This document shows positions 49,029 to 57,025 of a stretch of 64,000 nt of DNA, piece after piece. The notes beneath the pieces were generated by a model, which saw nothing but the letters and a program-made list of their open reading frames with translations, searched no databases and had not been told where the DNA came from. The stretch covers positions 65,131 to 129,130 of the forward strand of contig JBJLIP010000001.1 of assembly GCA_045563715.1 (NCBI GenBank), read 5' to 3'. The translations under genes and the position numbers were made by a program. The number at the start of each line of letters is the position of its first letter. Positions within the stretch are counted from its first letter, which is position 1. The stretch is from Gammaproteobacteria bacterium (GTDB lineage Bacteria; Pseudomonadota; Gammaproteobacteria; Magnimaribacterales; D2472).

Positions 49029-50634
49029 AATATCCCAAATGATTCAAAGAACTTTCTGCAATTTTTGCAAAAACTGGTGCAGCAACTGATCCTCCGGTAT
49101 ATGAGTTCAATCCTGGCTCATCTATTGAAACAAATATAGTTAGTGATTTTTCATTCAAAGGCGCTATTCCAATGAAAGAAGCTCTATATGAGTCTTCTGC
49201 ATATCCATAGCCTTTTCTTGTTTGATGAACTGTCCCAGTTTTGCCACCCTCAGAAAACCCTTTTACCTCTGCAGCTTTTCCAGTGCCATCTTTAACTACT
49301 TTTTCTAATGCATCAAGGATATTTAAGGCGGAATCACTTGAAATAATTCTTCTTGAAGTTACTTGTTCATTCTTTAAAAGTTGAAAATCTTTATATTCAC
49401 CATTGTTTGCAAAAACTGAATATGCCGAAGCTATTTGAAAAGGGCTCATGGTAATTCCATAACCATAACCTAAGCTTGCAAGCTCCCTATCTGAAACTAA
49501 TTCTTTTATTTCCATATAACCAAAAGCACTTGAGGGAAAATTAATTGAAATTGGTTTTGTAAAACCAAAATCATAATAATTTCTTTTTAATTCTTCATAA
49601 CCCAACTCTAATGCAATCTTTGATGCTCCAACCTGACTAGAAACTGCAATTATCTCTTTTGGAGTTAGTTTTTCATGATTTTTCGAATCTACAATGATTT
49701 TATTATCCAAATTTAATCTTCTTGGAATATCAATTAATTCATCAGGCAAAAATAAATTTTTATCTAATGCTTTAGATAAAACTATGGGCTTTAATACAGA
49801 CCCTGGTTCATACGCTTCTACTAATGCTCTGTTTTTTTGAATCTTTCTTTGAGGGTGATTTGGGTTATAAGAAGGATAGCTTGCCATAGCAAGAATTTCT
49901 CCCTTTTTATTGTCTAGAATGATTACAGTGCCTGCCTTAGCTTTATTTTTTTTAATAGCTTCAACTAAATATTTGTATGCAAAAAATTGTATAGTTGCAT
50001 CAATTGTTAGATGTAGATCTTCTCCTTTGACAGATTTAATTACCTCGACAGGCTTTGATATGATTTCTTGCTTGGCATTTTTATAGAATTTTTGTTCGCC
50101 CTTTATACCTGATAGCACCCTGTCATAACTTTTTTCTAAGCCCTCTTGTGCTCCATCTTTGCCATAAAAGCCAACCAATGTTGCAATCTGATCACCTAAG
50201 GGATAGTGCCGGCTGTGCCTGGTCTCAATTTCATAATTTTTTAGATTTTTCTTATTTATTTCAAATAGAGCTTCTTTTGACAATCCTTTTTTTATTAGAG
50301 TTTTCTTTGGGAAAGATTCATAATCCATATTAACTTCAATATCTAAAAATTCAGCAAGACTCAATAATTGTTGTTTTGAAAAACCTTTCAATGCATAAAG
50401 ATCATAATTAACAATTGAGATAGCCAGTGGGAAGTTATTTCTATCAAAAATGCTACCTCGAACAGGGTTTACTTCTTTGTATCTGATATATCTTTTATTA
50501 CCCTCGTCTTTGAGAAAGTTGCTATCGACAAATTGAATTGAAAAAATCTTAAAAATTATTGCTCCCAGCGCACAGGAAAACATTATTGCAATTAATGCAA
50601 ATCTCCAATTAAATAAAATATTTTTATTTTTCAT
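49015..50634 (-). CDS. ftsI: Division transpeptidase FtsI (PBP3)
   Basis: 539 aa. N-terminal TM helix, SxxK in EPGSVLKP, KTGT in GGKTGTV. Confidence 0.94.
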   Translation of the reverse strand: MKNKNILFNWRFALIAIMFSCALGAIIFKIFSIQFVDSNFLKDEGNKRYIRYKEVNPVRGSIFDRNNFPLAISIVNYDLYALKGFSKQQLLSLAEFLDIEVNMDYESFPKKTLIKKGLSKEALFEINKKNLKNYEIETRHSRHYPLGDQIATLVGFYGKDGAQEGLEKSYDRVLSGIKGEQKFYKNAKQEIISKPVEVIKSVKGEDLHLTIDATIQFFAYKYLVEAIKKNKAKAGTVIILDNKKGEILAMASYPSYNPNHPQRKIQKNRALVEAYEPGSVLKPIVLSKALDKNLFLPDELIDIPRRLNLDNKIIVDSKNHEKLTPKEIIAVSSQVGASKIALELGYEELKRNYYDFGFTKPISINFPSSAFGYMEIKELVSDRELASLGYGYGITMSPFQIASAYSVFANNGEYKDFQLLKNEQVTSRRIISSDSALNILDALEKVVKDGTGKAAEVKGFSEGGKTGTVHQTRKGYGYAEDSYRASFIGIAPLNEKSLTIFVSIDEPGLNSYTGGSVAAPVFAKIAESSLNHLGYFEDE

Positions 50635-50899
50635 TGATATAAATCTTATTTGGTTTCTTTTTTTTCATTCCTAACTCATCTTTGGCAATCATCTCAATGT
50701 TTGAAGGTGAGTTTTCGACATGAAATTGTGTTATCAATTTTAAATTAAAATCTTTTAAGTTTTCATTTTCAATTTTCAAATTTTCATAATTATTGTGAAG
50801 AGTTCTAATCTCCCATGAGAGTTTGATTTTTTCCATACTGAGAAAAAATATAGATATTATTAGTATTGTTATAGATAAGAATAGTTTTTTATTTATCAT
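50624..50899 (-). CDS. ftsL: Cell division protein FtsL
   Basis: 91 aa. TM helix plus coiled coil. Sits between rsmH and ftsI. Confidence 0.85.
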   Translation of the reverse strand: MINKKLFLSITILIISIFFLSMEKIKLSWEIRTLHNNYENLKIENENLKDFNLKLITQFHVENSPSNIEMIAKDELGMKKKKPNKIYINEK

Positions 50900-51789
50900 A
50901 TCTTTTGAAAAACCCTCATTATTGCGCTTCTTGATCTATTGTTCATTTTGATCTCTTTTTCAGAAGGTCTAATTTTTTTTGCTAAACACGTAAAGTCTTT
51001 TTCTTCAATATTATTTACTGGTATGTCTTTAGGGAATGATTTTAATGATGGCTTGAAACTATTTTTAATAATATTATCTTCAAGAGAATGGAATGCAATA
51101 GTCACTATTACTCCTTTTTTCTTTATGACTTTTTTTGCAGCATCTAAAGATAATTTAAGGTCTTCCAGTTCTGAATTAAGAAAAATTCTAAATGCTTGAA
51201 ATGATTTTGTTGCAGGATGTATTTTTTGTTTTTTATTTGGGTATATTTGTTCGATGATTCTTGCTAATTCTGTTGTTCTTAATATGGGGTTATATTTTCT
51301 TTGTTTACAAATTTCATTTGCGATTATTCTTGCATGTCTTTCATCTCCAAATTTAAATAGAACCTCCACAATATTTTCTTCATTAGCAGTATTGATCCAA
51401 TCTGATAGAGGAATTCCTTTTGTATTATTAAATCTCATATCTAAAGGCCCATCTTTGTTAAAACTAAAGCCTCTTATTGGATCATCAAAATGGGTTGAAC
51501 AAGTTCCCAAGTCATAAATAATACCATCAATAGTCTGTCTCTCAATATACTGTTCAAGATTTTTGAATGAATCATTATATATTTTGAAATTCGGTGCCTT
51601 GATATTTGAAGCGAAACTAATAGAATCTGGATCCTTATCAAAGGCTAATAAAAAACCATTATTTGAAATCATTTCTAGAATTAGTTTTGAATGCCCGCCT
51701 CTTCCATAAGTACAATCTAGGTAGTGTCCATCGATATCATGAATTAAAAAATCAATTGATTCTTCCAGTAAAACTGGAAAATGAAGCAT
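50896..51789 (-). CDS. rsmH: 16S rRNA m4C1402 methyltransferase RsmH (MraW)
   Basis: 297 aa. HFPVLLEES, DCTYGRGGHS, DLGTCSTHFDDPIRGFSF. Confidence 0.95.
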   Translation of the reverse strand: MLHFPVLLEESIDFLIHDIDGHYLDCTYGRGGHSKLILEMISNNGFLLAFDKDPDSISFASNIKAPNFKIYNDSFKNLEQYIERQTIDGIIYDLGTCSTHFDDPIRGFSFNKDGPLDMRFNNTKGIPLSDWINTANEENIVEVLFKFGDERHARIIANEICKQRKYNPILRTTELARIIEQIYPNKKQKIHPATKSFQAFRIFLNSELEDLKLSLDAAKKVIKKKGVIVTIAFHSLEDNIIKNSFKPSLKSFPKDIPVNNIEEKDFTCLAKKIRPSEKEIKMNNRSRSAIMRVFQKI

Positions 51790-51791
51790 TT

Positions 51792-52901
51792 TTAATCTAC
51801 TTGCTTTCTCATAAAAGTCGGCACATCAAGGAAATCAATTTCCTCTGCAGACGACGTGCCAACTTCCTGATTTGTTTTATCTTTATTTAAACCAACAGGA
51901 TTTAATTTCATTGTGGGCTCATTATCAATTACTAATGACGGAGCTCTTTGATCAACCCCTGTTGCAACAATAGTTACCTGGAGATCATCTCCAAAGCTAT
52001 CATCGTAAACAAGACCATAAATAATATTTGCATCTTCACTAACAATTTCATCAACAATATCTGCAACCTCAGCCTGGTCACCTAAAGTTGGTTTCTTTGC
52101 AGTAATATTTACAAGAACACCTCTTGCATTTTTAAGGTTGATATCTTCCAGTAATTCACTTTTTACAGCCATTGTTCCTGCAACCTCTGCTCTATTCTTA
52201 CCACTTGCTCTTCCAGTGCCCATCATTGCAATGCCTTTTTCAGACATCACAGTTTTGACATCAGCAAAATCAACATTGATATGTCCCTTTTTCATAATAA
52301 TATCTGATATACCCTGAACAGCGCCTCTTAAAACATCATCTGCTTTGGCAAATGCATCCTGCATTGGGGTATCTTGTCCTAAAATTTCATAAAGCTTTTG
52401 GTTGGGTATTGTTACAAGACTGTCAACTTCTTCAACTAAAGCAGCAAGTCCTTTTTCAGCAGAACTCATTCTTTTCTTACCCTCAAACTTAAAAGGTTTT
52501 GTAACTACAGCCACAGTCAACGCCCCAAGATCTTTCGCTATTGATGCTATAACTGGAGCAGCCCCTGTACCTGTTCCGCCTCCCATACCAGCTGTAATAA
52601 ATATCATATCTGCGCCTGCCAATAGCTCTTCTATTGCAGTTCTATCACTCTCTGCGGCCCTTCTTCCAACATCTGGATCTGCGCCAGCGCCAAGTCCTTT
52701 AGTTAGACCATTGCCTAATTTTAGTGTTATTGCTCCATCAGCAGTTGAAAGTGCTTGAGTATCGGTATTAGCGCAAATAAAATCAACCCCTTCGATATCA
52801 TGATTAATCATATGGATAACTGCATTTCCGCCACCACCGCCAACACCAACTACTTTAATTTTTGCGTTTTCTACTGCTTGTCCTATAACCTCAAAATTCA
52901 T
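51792..52901 (-). CDS. ftsZ: Cell division GTPase FtsZ (non-canonical position between mraZ and rsmH)
   Basis: 369 aa. GVGGGGGNA, tubulin signature GMGGGTGTGAAPV, NVDFADV, C-terminal FtsA/ZipA-binding peptide DFLDVPTFMRKQ. Preceded by a strong Shine-Dalgarno, AGGGGAAG. Confidence 0.98.
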   Translation of the reverse strand: MNFEVIGQAVENAKIKVVGVGGGGGNAVIHMINHDIEGVDFICANTDTQALSTADGAITLKLGNGLTKGLGAGADPDVGRRAAESDRTAIEELLAGADMIFITAGMGGGTGTGAAPVIASIAKDLGALTVAVVTKPFKFEGKKRMSSAEKGLAALVEEVDSLVTIPNQKLYEILGQDTPMQDAFAKADDVLRGAVQGISDIIMKKGHINVDFADVKTVMSEKGIAMMGTGRASGKNRAEVAGTMAVKSELLEDINLKNARGVLVNITAKKPTLGDQAEVADIVDEIVSEDANIIYGLVYDDSFGDDLQVTIVATGVDQRAPSLVIDNEPTMKLNPVGLNKDKTNQEVGTSSAEEIDFLDVPTFMRKQVD

Positions 52902-52914
52902 TTACTTCCCCTAA

Positions 52915-53382
52915 TTAAAATGACATTGATTTAATGCTTTCTGGAAGAACTACATCTAATATTTCTGTAGACAAGGATCCTCCTGTTTGTCTCATTTCCC
53001 AACTATCAATATTCCATACTTCAAATTTTTCGCCCATACCCACTAAAGCAATTTGTTTTTTATTTTCAATTTCAGCATATTTTTGGAGTTCAGTTGGTAT
53101 TCTGATCAACATCCTTCCACCAAAATCTATCCTAGTTTCATGAGCATTTCCAAGAATTGTCCACTGAATATTTCTAACAATTGGATCTAAACCTTGAAGA
53201 GATTGAAGTTTTGTTGAAATTCTTTCCCACTCAAGTCCAAAGTAAACTTTTAAAGATGGGTACTGAGGATCTTTTGTTATAACGATCTTTGATTGATTTT
53301 GAGATTTGAAGTCAGCTCTATATCTTGCAGGTATTGAAAGCCTGCCTTTTGCATCAAAAGAAACTGTATTAAAACCAAACAT
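52915..53382 (-). CDS. mraZ: Transcriptional regulator MraZ
   Basis: 155 aa. Two SpoVT/AbrB-like repeats (DAKGRLSIPARYR and DFGGRMLIRIPTELQ). Confidence 0.95.
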   Translation of the reverse strand: MFGFNTVSFDAKGRLSIPARYRADFKSQNQSKIVITKDPQYPSLKVYFGLEWERISTKLQSLQGLDPIVRNIQWTILGNAHETRIDFGGRMLIRIPTELQKYAEIENKKQIALVGMGEKFEVWNIDSWEMRQTGGSLSTEILDVVLPESIKSMSF

Positions 53383-53405
53383 TTACAAAATATAAAGTCT
53401 TTTTG

Positions 53406-53440
53406 CACACAATGCAACACTTTTGCACACTTTTTCACAC
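53406..53440 (-). promoter_or_regulatory. Four 10-bp-phased direct pentamer repeats, candidate MraZ operator
   Basis: The minus strand reads GTGTG-aaaaa-GTGTG-caaaa-GTGTT-gcatt-GTGTG (plus-strand cacac/aacac at 53406-10, 53416-20, 53426-30 and 53436-40). It lies 24-58 nt upstream of the mraZ ATG. The architecture matches the pentamer plus 5-nt spacer reported for MraZ boxes. Confidence 0.6.
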
Positions 53441-53471
53441 TAATTGATCAAAAAGTAAGGCTTTCAATAAA

Positions 53472-53804
53472 AGTGAGTTGGTTTATAAGCCGGATTCTGT
53501 AAATGATGATCATCTATCTTGATATTATGTTGCCATAATATTCTAGCAACCTACCCAAATCCAAAGCGAGCAACTTTATAGGATTTCTATTTGGTTTTGC
53601 TTCAAGCTGGGGTTTGCAATGCCCTAGATGTTACCATCTAAGCGGTAAGCTCTTACCTTACCATTTCACCCTTACCAAAAAATTGGCGGTATATTTTCTG
53701 TTGCACTTTCCGTAAGCTCACGCTTCCCAGGTGTTACCTGGCGCCCTGCTCTATGAAGTCCGGACTTTCCTCTAAATAAATTAGCGATCATCCAACCAAC
53801 TCGG
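53472..53804 (-). ncRNA. rnpB: RNase P RNA, bacterial type A (compact, about 333 nt)
   Basis: The reverse complement contains GAGGAAAGTCCGGACTTCATAG, GCCAGGTAACACCTGG, AGTGCAACAGAAA, GGTAAGGGTGAAA and ACAGAATCCGGCTTAT. P1 pairs GAGTTGGTT (5') with AACCAACTC (3'). A TATAAT at 53809-53814 sits about 7 nt before the predicted 5' end. The rsmI-rnpB-mraZ position matches Pseudomonas. The ends are accurate to about 3 nt. Confidence 0.95.
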
Positions 53805-53822
53805 TTTTATTATAATGATTTT

Positions 53823-54638
53823 TTAACTTTCTATAAGATATTTATAAATATCTCTTTTATTTTGTCCTGTTATTAATGATATTAATTTCGCTGCATCAGA
53901 TGCTGATAGTTTCTTTAAAAATTCATTTTTAACTTTTAAATTAAAAGAAAAATCAGTCTGATTTTTTTGCGAACCAGCAATAACTAAAACTATTTCTCCC
54001 CTTAAAACAACTTTATTAGTTTCAATACTCTCTAAAACGTCTTTTAAACTACCTCTAATTATTTCTTCATGAAGCTTTGTCATTTCTCTACAAATAGCAA
54101 TCATTCGGTCTGACCCAATGGATTTAATCAAATTAGAGATTGTCTTTTCAACTCTTTTAGGTGATTCAAAAAAAATTGATGTTTTCGTATCATTTTTTAA
54201 ATTTTCAAAAAATACTTTTTGCTCATGGTCTTTTTTTGGCATAAAGCCAAAAAAAGAGAACTTATCTGTCGGTAGTCCCGACATTACGATAGCATTAACT
54301 ATAGAAGATGGGCCTGGTATTAAAGTGTAGTTGATAGATTGTTTTATACACTCTTTAATTAATTTGTACCCAGGATCTGAAATAGTTGGAGTTCCTGCAT
54401 CTGAGACTATTGAAACGCACTTATTCTTTTTTATTTTATTAATTATGTCCAATGAGATTTTATCTTCATTATGCTCATGAAAACTTATACACCTCTTGTC
54501 ACAATTAATAAAATTTAATAACTTCTTAGTAATTCTGGTGTCTTCAGCATATAAATAATCACATGATCTTATAACATCTATAGCCCTAAGTGATATATCA
54601 TTTAAGTTGCCGATTGGTGTAGAAATAAAATATAACAT
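53823..54638 (-). CDS. rsmI: 16S rRNA 2'-O-methyl-C1402 methyltransferase RsmI
   Basis: 271 aa. LYFISTPIGNLNDISLRA, AEDTR, SDAGTPTISDPG (tetrapyrrole-methylase fold). Confidence 0.93.
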   Translation of the reverse strand: MLYFISTPIGNLNDISLRAIDVIRSCDYLYAEDTRITKKLLNFINCDKRCISFHEHNEDKISLDIINKIKKNKCVSIVSDAGTPTISDPGYKLIKECIKQSINYTLIPGPSSIVNAIVMSGLPTDKFSFFGFMPKKDHEQKVFFENLKNDTKTSIFFESPKRVEKTISNLIKSIGSDRMIAICREMTKLHEEIIRGSLKDVLESIETNKVVLRGEIVLVIAGSQKNQTDFSFNLKVKNEFLKKLSASDAAKLISLITGQNKRDIYKYLIES

Positions 54639-54654
54639 TTAGTTTAAATAAAAT

Positions 54655-55581
54655 ATGAAGTCCAGCTTAACATTAATCCTATTTTCTTTGATGGTTTTCT
54701 TGGTCTCGTGTTCAACGCAGGAAGTAAAGAAAACAGATTCATTTTTTATGAATTTAGAGCTCCAAACCTCAAATAAGAATAAAGAAATGATAATTGAAAA
54801 CGTACTAGAACAAAATATCATCTTTTCTATAGATTTTAATAAAGAAGGTTCTTACAGGCTTGATGACAATATATTAGACTCAAGTTTAAAATATTTTTGT
54901 AATGGTTTTATTCAGGATCAAAACATATATTTGCAGTCATTAGTTTTTGGCCCATCTAAAATTAAGGACAAAAAAATACTAATAATTTATTCTGAAAGTT
55001 TTGAGGAGTATGCCAATGAACTCAAGAAGAGTTATCCCAATGAATTATATTTTTATTTAGACAGAAATAATTACGAAGATGCAATTAAAGATATATTTAA
55101 TGTTCATGATAGTATTGATAAGCATTTAAAAATTTCTAAACTTGATAAAAATCTAAATTTTGATCATTCTCCAAGGATTAGAAATGATATTTCAAAAATA
55201 TATTTTCTTCTTGATTATAGTTTTGGGAAAACAGTTGTCCCATATGTAAGAAATTATGCATTTAAAATTGATTCTTATTCTTCAAGTGAAATATTTCATG
55301 AAGCTAATAATATTAAAAAGCTTTTTGATTTTGAAAATCTTTATACACCACTATCTGAAGAGCTAATTGAAAAAATACAGCAAAAGAAAAATATTAAAAC
55401 CATTAGAAATGAATTAGAAAAATTGTTAATTAAAGATTTTTTATTAATTGAGAAGTTATACCAAAATAATCTTTTTGAAAAAAACATTTCACTTAATACA
55501 AGTAATCAAAAAATTCGAAATAATAATAAGTGTATAGATAGAAGTTTTGAAATTTACAAGATTTCTTCTAACGATTTCTAG
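54655..55581 (+). CDS. lpoA: LpoA/LppC-family lipoprotein, truncated (C-terminal domain only)
   Basis: 308 aa. Lipobox FLVSCS. RIRNDISKIYFLL, YSSSEIF and CIDRSFEIYKI resemble E. coli LpoA RRDIDAIYIVA, YASSRS and VINRNLSWLQY (from memory). Divergent from rsmI as yraM/lpoA is in E. coli. Confidence 0.55.
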   Translation: MKSSLTLILFSLMVFLVSCSTQEVKKTDSFFMNLELQTSNKNKEMIIENVLEQNIIFSIDFNKEGSYRLDDNILDSSLKYFCNGFIQDQNIYLQSLVFGPSKIKDKKILIIYSESFEEYANELKKSYPNELYFYLDRNNYEDAIKDIFNVHDSIDKHLKISKLDKNLNFDHSPRIRNDISKIYFLLDYSFGKTVVPYVRNYAFKIDSYSSSEIFHEANNIKKLFDFENLYTPLSEELIEKIQQKKNIKTIRNELEKLLIKDFLLIEKLYQNNLFEKNISLNTSNQKIRNNNKCIDRSFEIYKISSNDF

Positions 55582-56189
55582 TCTTCCTTAAGATCTCTCT
55601 CCAAAGATGATAGGCTGTCAAGAAAGCCAGGTCTTTCAAAAACCGACTTTTGATAGTCAAGTAGTGGTTTTAAGTGTCTATTAACAGGTAATTTTATTCC
55701 AACAGAGGGAAGTCTCCATAAAATCGGTGCAAAAAAACAATCGACTAATGTAAATTCATCACTCATAAAAAATTTAAACTCTTTAAATGTTGGTGCAATT
55801 GAGGATATTTCATGCAATAACTCCTCTCTGATCTTCATAAGTTCTTTTTCAGGCTTTGCTCCTTCAATTAATGTGTCAATTAGTGGGCACCACTCTCTGT
55901 CAATTCTTAACATGAGCGTTCTGCTATTAGCTCGCGCTACAGGATATACTGGTAACAAAGGTGGGTGAGGAAATCTCTCATCTAAGTACTCCATCATTAC
56001 AGCTGGGTCATGTATTGCCAAGTCTCTATCTACAAGAATTGGTAATTTGTGATACGGACTTATAGAAAGAATCTCATCAGCTGTTTCATTTTGATTGGAT
56101 TCTTTGATTTCTGCTGAAATATCTTTTTCTGCTAGAACAATTCTAACTCTTTGACTATAGTGATCATCTCTATCTGAATATAAAATCAT
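55578..56189 (-). CDS. sspA: Stringent starvation protein A (GST-like)
   Basis: 203 aa. YSQRVRIVLAEKDIS, MEYLDERFPHPPLLPVYPVARA is near-identical to E. coli SspA. Confidence 0.95.
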   Translation of the reverse strand: MILYSDRDDHYSQRVRIVLAEKDISAEIKESNQNETADEILSISPYHKLPILVDRDLAIHDPAVMMEYLDERFPHPPLLPVYPVARANSRTLMLRIDREWCPLIDTLIEGAKPEKELMKIREELLHEISSIAPTFKEFKFFMSDEFTLVDCFFAPILWRLPSVGIKLPVNRHLKPLLDYQKSVFERPGFLDSLSSLERDLKED

Positions 56190-56200
56190 ATTTTCCCCGT

Positions 56201-57025
56201 TTAATTATAATCCTTATGGTACTCTCGATACAGAAGAGATGCTAATGCAGTGAATATCATAAAATAAAATATGACATACCACCCTATTCTCTCTCTTGTT
56301 GCTTTTATAGGCTCACCTACATAAACCAAGAAATTTGTTAAATCGTATATTAATGCATCAAATTCTTCCTTGCTTAGTTTACCTGTTCCCTCTTCAGTTT
56401 CTAAAAAACCACATTTTTCTTCAGTGATAGCATTGCCAAACTCATTTCTCTTTTCGCCACCATTTTTAGCCAAGATAGGAATGTCTTTGCATACTAGTCT
56501 TTGGTTGCCTTGAAGTGATAAGAGAACATTAGGCATCGCAGTGCCAGGATAAACTAAATTATTAACCCCATATTGTTTAGAAGAATCTTCATAGTAAGCT
56601 CTTAAATATGAATATATCCAATCGTCTCCTTTATATCTCGATACTAAAGTTAAATCAGGAGGTGCAACGCCAAACCAATTCACTGAATCTTCAGACATTG
56701 CTCCAGTCATTAAATCACCAGGCTTGATAGACTTATCAAAAACTAGATTTTCAAAAAATATTTCCTCAGGAATTTGTAAATCTTCTGCAACTCTTCCCCA
56801 TCTGGAATATTGTAAAGAGTGACACCCATAGCAGTAATTAATATATGTAGATGCTCCCCTCTGAAGTGATTCTATATCATTAAGAGAATATTTAAATTCA
56901 TCACATTCTCCATAATCCTTGCATGGGCCCCCCTCAGCAGAGTAAATAAGGTTTACGAAAAATATTATAGCTACCAAATAAAAAGACCTTAATAAGTGTA
57001 TTTTATTTAATGATGTAAATATCAT
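56201..57025 (-). CDS. petC: Cytochrome c1 of the bc1 complex
   Basis: 274 aa. Signal peptide, heme motif CYGCHS, APPDLTLV, C-terminal TM anchor. Confidence 0.93.
   Translation of the reverse strand: MIFTSLNKIHLLRSFYLVAIIFFVNLIYSAEGGPCKDYGECDEFKYSLNDIESLQRGASTYINYCYGCHSLQYSRWGRVAEDLQIPEEIFFENLVFDKSIKPGDLMTGAMSEDSVNWFGVAPPDLTLVSRYKGDDWIYSYLRAYYEDSSKQYGVNNLVYPGTAMPNVLLSLQGNQRLVCKDIPILAKNGGEKRNEFGNAITEEKCGFLETEEGTGKLSKEEFDALIYDLTNFLVYVGEPIKATRERIGWYVIFYFMIFTALASLLYREYHKDYN

Noticed and set aside
52402-52758. A 118-aa ORF antisense to ftsZ. A similar 109-aa ORF lies at 24132-24461, antisense to the thiolase gene.
   Set aside because: Both fall in locally GC-richer, Gly/Ala-rich coding regions where the antisense frame is naturally free of stop codons. 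The products are Ala/Pro/Ser-rich and lack domain signatures.
53401-53440. The repeated ttttgcacac units considered as a mini CRISPR-like or DnaA-box array.
   Set aside because: The units are 10 nt with only a 5-nt conserved core, there are no spacers of CRISPR size and no cas genes, and the sequence does not match the DnaA box TTATCCACA. The position upstream of mraZ fits MraZ boxes instead.
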